64,000 bases of DNA, from contig VBOZ01000033.1 of the NCBI GenBank assembly GCA_005893305.1, forward strand, positions 79,058 through 143,057, written 5' to 3'. Of the stretch, positions 57,245 to 64,000 are shown piece by piece. The notes under the pieces are model-generated. The model was not told where the DNA came from, made no database searches, and worked only from the letters and a program-made list of their open reading frames with translations. The DNA is from Candidatus Eiseniibacteriota bacterium. Lineage in GTDB: Bacteria > Eisenbacteria > RBG-16-71-46 > SZUA-252. The translations under genes were made by a program, and so were the position numbers. Position 1 is the first letter of the stretch; each line of letters opens with the position of its first letter.

Positions 57245-60189
57245 CGCAAGAGAACCGCCTTCTGCACGCGCACCCTCCCTTGAGCCTGCAGCCGGAACAG
57301 GTAGATTCCGGCCCCGACCGGTCTCCCGCGGTCATCGGTACCGTCCCACGTGAACGGCAAGGTCCCCTCACGCCCGCGCGAGTCGGCCAGGGTACGGACG
57401 AGCGACCCGTCGGCGCGGAACACGCGTACCACATAGGGGCCGTCCCGGTCCAGCGAGACCCAGAATTGAGCGCTCGGCCGGAACGGGTTCGGCCGGATCC
57501 GGCCCATCGCGAGAACCCGCGGCGCGCCTGAGGGGATCGTGACGCGAACCGGCCCCGCCTCGGCATCCAGCTCGCCCGGGCGCGAGACCGTGATCCAGTA
57601 GGAGTAGGTCAGCCCGGGGATCACATCAGCGTCTTCAAGCATTCCATCGTTTCGTTCCGCATGGATCGTCGCGATGCGCCGGCGCGGCTCCGCGCCGAAC
57701 GCGCGGTCGAGCCCGACCGCGGCGCCGATTGCGTCCGCGAGCTTCCACTCGAGAGCAACCGCGGTCCGGCCGGGCACCACCGCCGCGTCGAAGCGCGTGA
57801 CCTCTACGGCGATCGGCGCGCACTGGTCGTTCCCAGTCACGGTCACGTCGTCGATCCACCAGCCCAGCCCCTCGAGCGAATCGTTCGACCGGAAACGGAA
57901 CCCGATCTGCACGACCCCGGACAGGCCCGTGAGCGGAACCTTGGCTTGGGTGAACGGAAGCACGCGCCCCGTCCATCGATCTCCGTTCGAGTAGCCGCCG
58001 ACCGGTGTGAGCGTGATCCACGTCTCGCCGCCGTCGGTCGATGCCTCGACCGTGAGGCCGTCGTTGACGGGCTCGCTGTCGTAGCGCTGCCAGAATGTGA
58101 GCGTGTCCGCGATGCCGGCGAGGCGGATCGGCTGGGACATGAGCCGGGCATCCTGCGAGGGCGCGTAGCTCCCGATCGTGCCGCTCGGACCCAGGCGCCA
58201 CGCGAACGAGGCGCCCAGCGTATGATCGAGCCCCCCCTCGCGGTGCCACTCGTTCGCCCCGTTGCAGTCTCCGGACGCCGCGGCCCAGCGGCGCACCTCG
58301 TTCTCGAAGTTTTCGCAAATGCCGGTCTTCGTCCCCACGAGAACCTGAACGCTGTCGCTGTCGACCAGACCCGGCGCGGCGAGGATCGAGAAAGACAGGT
58401 TCACCCCGCGCGGGTCGGGAGTGGAAAGAATGGTCGCCTGGATCACGGAGCCCGAGTCGACCCCCCCGAAGCTAGGAATCGAACCGTACAGGACGGAGTC
58501 CGGGTCGATGGTCATGAAGGACTCCGACCGAAGCCTCGCCTTGAGCGGGCCGGTCGGTGCCGCCGCGAGATTCACGAGCGGGAGCCTGAGGCGGACCGTC
58601 TCGCCCGGCTCGGCGAGGCCGTTGCCGTTGTTCGGAAACCCGTTGAAGGGAGAATCGTTGACCACGACCGCCTTGTGTCGCACGGAGATGCCGTTCACGA
58701 AGAAATCGGCTGTGATGTTGCCCGAGCTCTCCGAGAGATTCTTGATCGCGACCTGGCTCGGCCGATTGTCGCAGTAGGTTTTGCTGCTCGGGCAGGAGCT
58801 GGGATCGAACGAGGTCGCACCTTCCGGCCCGGGCCAGGGATCGTACTTGTCGCCTCGGTTTCCTTCCACGTTCCTCGTCTGCCCGCACGAAGTCTGCGGA
58901 GCGAGCGCGCCGCGGTGCACGTCCAGATTCTGCGCGCCCATGAAGCCGGAGAGAATCTCCGCTCCGCCGGCCTCCACCACGTCGAGCAGCTTGTGCGCGG
59001 CGTTGTTATTGCCCTGAGCGAAGGTGAGCGCGTCGTCGACGTGGTAGATGACGAGGCCGTGTGTCGCGCCGTCCCCCGCCTCGATGGACGAGCGGACGAG
59101 TCCCGCGTCGAAGCCGACCGGCTGGCGATTCTCGGCCAGGAAGTACTCCTGGGAATCCTCCCCGTTCGTCCAGAGGCGGAACACCTGGCCCGACGATTCC
59201 ACCGGCGGAATCGTGACGCCCGCCGAGTCGTGGAGCACCCAGGTCGGTGCGATCCATCCGAGCCGGATCTTGGACCACGCCGACATGTGCGCGGGGCTCG
59301 ACCCCGCGTTTTGCCCCGCGAGATGGCAGTAGACGCCCGAGCCCATGAGATCCCATTCCCCCACGCCCTCCGTTGCGCCCGGGGACGCGCTCAAGTCGTA
59401 CAGATCCGGGAGCCCGAGGACATGGCCGAACTCGTGGCAGAAGACCCCGATCGAGATCAGCCCTCCCGCGGTCGAGATCGGAGAGTCGTATGCCCACTCC
59501 TCGGGCTCGGTGGTGAACGCGGACATCCGCACGTTGTCCTTGATCAGCGACCCGGGCAGCGTGAATTTGTGGGACCACATGTCGTTTCCGCTCCCCGTCT
59601 CCTCGCCGCCCGGTCCCGCGTGCACGACGAATAGCCCGTCGACGAATCCGTCGGGAGCGCCGTTGGGCCCGTTGTTGTCGAACTGGGAGAAATCGACGTC
59701 GGGATTGGCGAGGTCGACGGCGTCGGCCACCATCCCCTGCGAGTTCTTGGGGAACACGCCGAAGCCGGACTGGCCGTTCGTGTAGTAGCTATAGAGGCTG
59801 TCCGCCGTGTACCAACCGAGCACGACTCCATCCACGTCGAACTGCCCGCGCGATACTTCCCGGTAGTAGTCCCGAAAGCTGCCGCCGGGACGCGTGCCGA
59901 CCGAGAAGAGGAGATCCTGATACTCGGCGGCGGTGTGGTTGAGCGTGTCGGCGGGGTTGTCGCGGAATTGGAGGAGGATCACGACGCACTTGAACGTGCC
60001 GATGGCGCCCGCGGCCATCGTCTCGGCCGCGTCGACGCCGGGTGCGCGATGGGGTATCCGGAACGGCGTTCCGGCTCGGGAAAGGTCGCGACTTCCGCGC
60101 CTGCCTGCAACATCCAGAGGAGGCGCCGCGTGCGCGGTCGACTCGGCAAGCAGCAAGCATAGCCCCGCGACGAGCCCCAACAGGCGCAC
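57241..60189 (-). CDS. Secreted M6 (immune inhibitor A-like) metalloprotease with C-terminal FlgD-Ig/T9SS-like sorting domain
   Basis: Signal peptide (GTG 60189); HEFGHVLGLPDLYD, WDLMG, YFLAENR; PNPF...WDGTDDRG...GIY...KAVLLR. Confidence 0.9.
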   Translation of the reverse strand: MRLLGLVAGLCLLLAESTAHAAPPLDVAGRRGSRDLSRAGTPFRIPHRAPGVDAAETMAAGAIGTFKCVVILLQFRDNPADTLNHTAAEYQDLLFSVGTRPGGSFRDYYREVSRGQFDVDGVVLGWYTADSLYSYYTNGQSGFGVFPKNSQGMVADAVDLANPDVDFSQFDNNGPNGAPDGFVDGLFVVHAGPGGEETGSGNDMWSHKFTLPGSLIKDNVRMSAFTTEPEEWAYDSPISTAGGLISIGVFCHEFGHVLGLPDLYDLSASPGATEGVGEWDLMGSGVYCHLAGQNAGSSPAHMSAWSKIRLGWIAPTWVLHDSAGVTIPPVESSGQVFRLWTNGEDSQEYFLAENRQPVGFDAGLVRSSIEAGDGATHGLVIYHVDDALTFAQGNNNAAHKLLDVVEAGGAEILSGFMGAQNLDVHRGALAPQTSCGQTRNVEGNRGDKYDPWPGPEGATSFDPSSCPSSKTYCDNRPSQVAIKNLSESSGNITADFFVNGISVRHKAVVVNDSPFNGFPNNGNGLAEPGETVRLRLPLVNLAAAPTGPLKARLRSESFMTIDPDSVLYGSIPSFGGVDSGSVIQATILSTPDPRGVNLSFSILAAPGLVDSDSVQVLVGTKTGICENFENEVRRWAAASGDCNGANEWHREGGLDHTLGASFAWRLGPSGTIGSYAPSQDARLMSQPIRLAGIADTLTFWQRYDSEPVNDGLTVEASTDGGETWITLTPVGGYSNGDRWTGRVLPFTQAKVPLTGLSGVVQIGFRFRSNDSLEGLGWWIDDVTVTGNDQCAPIAVEVTRFDAAVVPGRTAVALEWKLADAIGAAVGLDRAFGAEPRRRIATIHAERNDGMLEDADVIPGLTYSYWITVSRPGELDAEAGPVRVTIPSGAPRVLAMGRIRPNPFRPSAQFWVSLDRDGPYVVRVFRADGSLVRTLADSRGREGTLPFTWDGTDDRGRPVGAGIYLFRLQAQGRVRVQKAVLLR

Positions 60190-60226
60190 GGAAGCCTCCA
60201 CCCGGCAGTCGAAGTTGTGGGGTCGC

Positions 60227-61648
60227 TTAGAGTTGTGCGGGAACGGGCTTCGCGCGTCCGAATCCGGCGCGCTCCTGCTTCCCCCAGCCACCACGCCCTA
60301 AGATGATATCCACCAAGGCGCCTAAGCGAAAGAAGAGAGTGAGGATGCGGTAGGAGAAGTTCTCGAGGACGCCGATGCCGACCATCTGGGCGAAATCACC
60401 CCAGGAGCGGTAGAGACCGAAGGAGAGCTCTTCCAGGAAGACCGAGGAGATCGACAGAAAGGCGCCCGAGGTCACGGAGAGGAAGAGGAACGCCCAGAAA
60501 AAGACGGGCGAAAGAATACCGAGAAAGTAGCAGATCGGAATCAGGACGTAACCCACCAACTCCACGATCGGCCCCATGAATTCGAAGAAGAAATAGTACG
60601 GGAGCCCGATCCAGCGGAGCGAGCCCGAGTGTTTCCCCCAGAGCAGCGACTTGTGGAGCCAGAGCGAGTGGATGAGCCCGCGGTACCACCGGTTTCGCTG
60701 GCGCGCGAGGGCGCCGAGGGTTTCGGGCACCTCCGTCCAGCAGATCGGATCCGGGAGGAAGACGACCGCATAGGGACGGCGCTGCTCGCGCATCCTGCGA
60801 TGCAGGCGGAGCACCAGCTCCATGTCCTCCGTCACCACTCCCCCGCGGTAGCCGCCCACCTCGATCACCACGTCCTTCCGGAAGAGGCTAAAGACGCCGG
60901 AGAGGATGAGAAGGTTGTTCATCGCGGAGAGGCCAAGGCGGCTCGCCACGAATGCGCGGAGATACTCGACCACCTGAAACGCGGCGAGAATGTTCGTCGG
61001 CAGCCTCGGCTCGACGACCCGGCCGCGCTCGACGCGGCATCCGTTCGCGACCCGCACCTGGCCCCCCACGGCGATCACGCGATCCGGATCCTCGAGGAAC
61101 GGACGCACGACGCGCAGGAGCGCGTTTTCCTGAAACAGCGAATCGGCGTCGATCGTGCAGAAGAGCGGGTAGCGCGACAGGTTGAGCCCCGCGTTCAGCG
61201 CGTCGCTCTTGCCGGCGTGCTCCTTATCGATGACGGTCAGATGCGGGGTCGTCGCCGATCGGTAGAGGCCGCGGATCGCGCCCTTGATCTCGAGGCTCTT
61301 CCGGAAGACCAGATCGCGCCGCTCCAGGCGGAACTCCTGGCGCAGGCGCTCCATCGTGTCGTCGGTCGATCCGTCGTTGATGACGATGACCTCGTGCTGC
61401 GGGTAGTCGAGCGAGAGAACGGAGCGCACCGAATCGATCACGCCGGCCGCTTCGTTGTACGCGGGCACGAGGACCGTGATCGGGAAGGTGAAGTGGGACT
61501 TGGCGACGGCCTCATAGTCGGCGTAGAAGTTCTGCGCGAGCCGGCGCCGCATGTCGAAGAAGGAGAGAATCAGGAGTCCGAAGAGCACGAGCTGGAGCGC
61601 GCTGAAGTAGATCAGGATGACGAGGCTCGTCGTGTTGATCACATCCAT
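60227..61648 (-). CDS. Processive GT2 glycosyltransferase (PgaC/IcaA-like)
   Basis: VPAYNE, INDGSTD, GKSDALN, IDADS, TEDME, QRNRW; start 61648 or 61678. Confidence 0.92.
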   Translation of the reverse strand: MDVINTTSLVILIYFSALQLVLFGLLILSFFDMRRRLAQNFYADYEAVAKSHFTFPITVLVPAYNEAAGVIDSVRSVLSLDYPQHEVIVINDGSTDDTMERLRQEFRLERRDLVFRKSLEIKGAIRGLYRSATTPHLTVIDKEHAGKSDALNAGLNLSRYPLFCTIDADSLFQENALLRVVRPFLEDPDRVIAVGGQVRVANGCRVERGRVVEPRLPTNILAAFQVVEYLRAFVASRLGLSAMNNLLILSGVFSLFRKDVVIEVGGYRGGVVTEDMELVLRLHRRMREQRRPYAVVFLPDPICWTEVPETLGALARQRNRWYRGLIHSLWLHKSLLWGKHSGSLRWIGLPYYFFFEFMGPIVELVGYVLIPICYFLGILSPVFFWAFLFLSVTSGAFLSISSVFLEELSFGLYRSWGDFAQMVGIGVLENFSYRILTLFFRLGALVDIILGRGGWGKQERAGFGRAKPVPAQL

Positions 61649-61679
61649 CCCCCAGGGGGGAACAGTCCAGCCGTGCACG

Positions 61680-62747
61680 TTAGGCTCCTTCCCGCCTGGG
61701 CGCGATCGCGGTGACTCCCAGGGATGCGAGCGCCTCCACGGCGCTGTCGCGTGCGAACCGGTCCTCGCTCTCCAGGGCGGTCATGAGCGCCGGCTTCGCT
61801 GCCTCTCCCACGCGGACCAGCGCCTCGAGCGCGTTCCGACGCACCCACCACGACTGGTCTCGGAGCGCCTCCCCGAGGGAGCTCGCGAACGACGGGTCGG
61901 CGATCTTCCCCAGGGCCTCCGCCGCGTGAGCCCGGACATACCAGACCGGATCCTGGAGAAGCGGAGCGATCGTCGGCGCGCTCGACCGGTCCGCGATCAT
62001 CCCGATCGCCCAGACGGCGGCCGAGCGGACATCCGGGTCGGTATCCTGGAGCGCCTCGCTGACGGAGCGCGCCGCCCGGGGATCCGCGATTTCGCCCAGG
62101 ATCCGCGCCGCCCAGAAGCGGGCCTTGGGAGTGCCGTCGCGAAGGGTCTTGATCAGGAGCGGAGCGGTGCGGGGTCCCATCTCGATACAGATCGCGGCGA
62201 TCCGCGCCGAGACCGCCTGATCGTGCTTGCCCAGGAGCGCGATCAGGGCCTCCTCGGCGGCCTGGAGCTTCATCCGCCCGAGGGACCGGGCGGCCACGTT
62301 GCGGACGTCGGGGTCCTTGTCGTCGAGCGCGTGGAGCAGCGTCGGAATGGACATGGGAAGCTTGAGCTCGCCCAGGATCCGGAGCGCGTGCGCGCGATTC
62401 CATTTGAGGCGGCTCTTCGCGTCGCGGAGGAGGCGGGCCACGATGCCGGCCTCCTCCAGGTGGCGCAGCACGTCGAGCCGTAGCGGGAGCTCGAGCTGGC
62501 TGATCTCCACCGCGGCGAGCTCCGACCACCGGCCGGTCATCGAGCGCACGATCACCGCCATCGCCTCCCGCTGCCCGTCGGGGGATCGAAGCTTCAGGAA
62601 CGCGCGGCGCAGCTCATCGAGGAAACGTCTCTTGGAATCGGCCTCGCGATTCGAATAGACCTTGTTCGCGATCGCCGCGATGGTGGTCAACGCTACGATG
62701 CCGAGCAGGAGCCCGAGGGTGACGATCAGCGTCTCGAAGTGGATCAT
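61680..62747 (-). CDS. Membrane-anchored HEAT repeat protein
   Basis: N-terminal TM; DKDPDVRNVAARSLG, DPVWYVRAHAAEALG, DQSWWVRRNA. Confidence 0.88.
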   Translation of the reverse strand: MIHFETLIVTLGLLLGIVALTTIAAIANKVYSNREADSKRRFLDELRRAFLKLRSPDGQREAMAVIVRSMTGRWSELAAVEISQLELPLRLDVLRHLEEAGIVARLLRDAKSRLKWNRAHALRILGELKLPMSIPTLLHALDDKDPDVRNVAARSLGRMKLQAAEEALIALLGKHDQAVSARIAAICIEMGPRTAPLLIKTLRDGTPKARFWAARILGEIADPRAARSVSEALQDTDPDVRSAAVWAIGMIADRSSAPTIAPLLQDPVWYVRAHAAEALGKIADPSFASSLGEALRDQSWWVRRNALEALVRVGEAAKPALMTALESEDRFARDSAVEALASLGVTAIAPRREGA

Positions 62748-62757
62748 CGCCGCCCCC

Positions 62758-63999
62758 TCACCATCGCGCCGACGCGGAGAGACCGATGAACCAGGTCTCG
62801 TAAGAGTGGTTGTCGACCGAATACGCTCCCTCGATCGAGAGCGGGAGCGTGCCGAACGCGGTCATGTTGACGTTCCCGCTCCAGGCGTTGGTCCAGATAT
62901 CGCTGAAATTCGTCGAGCTCATGCCGGCGAACTCATAGCGCAGGCTGTAGTCGAGGGCCGACCGCTCGACGTAGCCGGCCAGGGTGACGCCGGCGGCGCC
63001 GCGCACGCTTGCCAACGGCGTGAAGTAGCTCTGCGACGGAACATTCCAATCCCGGTAGGTCAACCGTCCGTCGAGCGCGACCGTTGGGACGCGGGTCTTG
63101 ACCCGGTAGGTGACCCCGCCCGTCGTCATCCAGCTCCGGTTGTCGTCGGAATAGAATCCGCGCGATGCGGCCGCGTCCGCGGTGCCGCGGCCGTTCCATT
63201 GCCAGTCGAGCGCGGCCTCGTAATTGTCGAAGCGCCCGGGCGCGAATTCCCGGGGCCCGCTCGGCCTGGTCTCCTTGATCCCGACGTACTCCCGCCCCGC
63301 GGAGATCCGGGGCGTGAGCCGCCCCGAGTAGCGCCACAGGCGGCCGTTCCAGCCGAAGAACGTATCGTCACCGCGGAGAGGGAAGAGGGTGGCGCTGCCG
63401 CGCGGCTTGAACTTCTGATATTCCGCGCCGAACGCCGCCTGCCACGGATACCCGCGCAGAAGGGAGACGTCGGTGCGGTAGTCGACGCTCTTCACGTCGT
63501 AGTTCGTCGAGTCGCCGACCGCCGGCTTCTCGGTCAGCGTCAGCCACGCCACCCGACCGGAAACCTGGGCAGCGCGTCCGAGCGTCGCGCGGGCCAGTGC
63601 GAACGGCCCCTCCGTCTCGAGCGTGAAATCGGGGCCCGCGACGTACTGCCGCTCGCGGGCCGAGGTCCATCCGCCGCCGGCCGAGGGCAGGAGCGCGTCG
63701 CGCGTCGCTGACCGCTCGTCGGCGACGCCCTCGGAGTCGGCGCCCGTGCGCTCCGCCTTCTCGAGGAACCGGTCGGATGCGGTGGCGGCCCCCCGCCACC
63801 GGGCGACCGCCGCGAGCCCAAGCCACGCATCCCCGAGCTCCGGGTTTCGCGCCAGGAGCCGCTCGTACATCATCGATGCGCCCGCGAGATCGCCGCTCCA
63901 AGCAAGCGTGCGGGCGAGGCCGATCCGGGTCTCGACGTTCGCCGGGTCGGAGGCCAACGCGGCGCGATACTCGCGAATCGCCTCTTCGTGCCGTCCCGA
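62758..63999 (-). CDS. TPR + probable outer-membrane beta-barrel (YaiO/PgaA-like), 5' truncated
   Basis: Frame open to the window edge (SGRHEEAIREYRAALASDPAN...GLARTLAWSG); amphipathic strands; terminal GLSASARW. Confidence 0.72.
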   Translation of the reverse strand, partial: SGRHEEAIREYRAALASDPANVETRIGLARTLAWSGDLAGASMMYERLLARNPELGDAWLGLAAVARWRGAATASDRFLEKAERTGADSEGVADERSATRDALLPSAGGGWTSARERQYVAGPDFTLETEGPFALARATLGRAAQVSGRVAWLTLTEKPAVGDSTNYDVKSVDYRTDVSLLRGYPWQAAFGAEYQKFKPRGSATLFPLRGDDTFFGWNGRLWRYSGRLTPRISAGREYVGIKETRPSGPREFAPGRFDNYEAALDWQWNGRGTADAAASRGFYSDDNRSWMTTGGVTYRVKTRVPTVALDGRLTYRDWNVPSQSYFTPLASVRGAAGVTLAGYVERSALDYSLRYEFAGMSSTNFSDIWTNAWSGNVNMTAFGTLPLSIEGAYSVDNHSYETWFIGLSASARW

Positions 64000-64000
64000 C

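Overview
High-GC bacterial chromosomal segment with about 46 genes, mostly housekeeping and signalling. The gene set (M6 protease with a FlgD-Ig/T9SS-like tail, DUF222-like HNH protein, beta-rich SppA) suggests Candidatus Eisenbacteria or a related FCB-associated lineage; this is inference. Contents: ccdA (partial), two HD-GYP phosphodiesterases, RsbW/RsbU-type partner-switching genes, sppA, TerC, glgP/malQ, a DUF3798 ABC importer, MFS, thyX, murJ, NUDIX-SbcD-SbcC/YhaN, an atypical sigma-54 activator, GT39-TPR, groES/groEL, Rieske-flavodoxin, HDAC, a UvrD-PD-(D/E)XK helicase-nuclease, trxA, NatAB-like ABC, hflX/arfB with two M24 peptidases, an orphan family-5 binding protein coupled to a hybrid kinase, and a TPR/barrel-HEAT-GT2 polysaccharide module. 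I recognised no rRNA, tRNA, CRISPR array, integrase or transposase. Most notable: (1) a stand-alone DUF222-like/HNH/RuvA-C-like gene (11772-13157) carrying an identical 22-bp perfect palindrome twice in different reading frames, with a structured leader and C-depleted flanks, which may be a selfish nuclease element; (2) equally spaced sigma-28/WhiG-like promoters ahead of three signalling operons; (3) a HEAT protein and an HD-GYP protein that share an uncharacterised N-terminal domain; (4) a sigma-54 promoter at groESL near an activator with a D-to-E pseudo-receiver. All calls come from motifs read by eye; no database searches were run.
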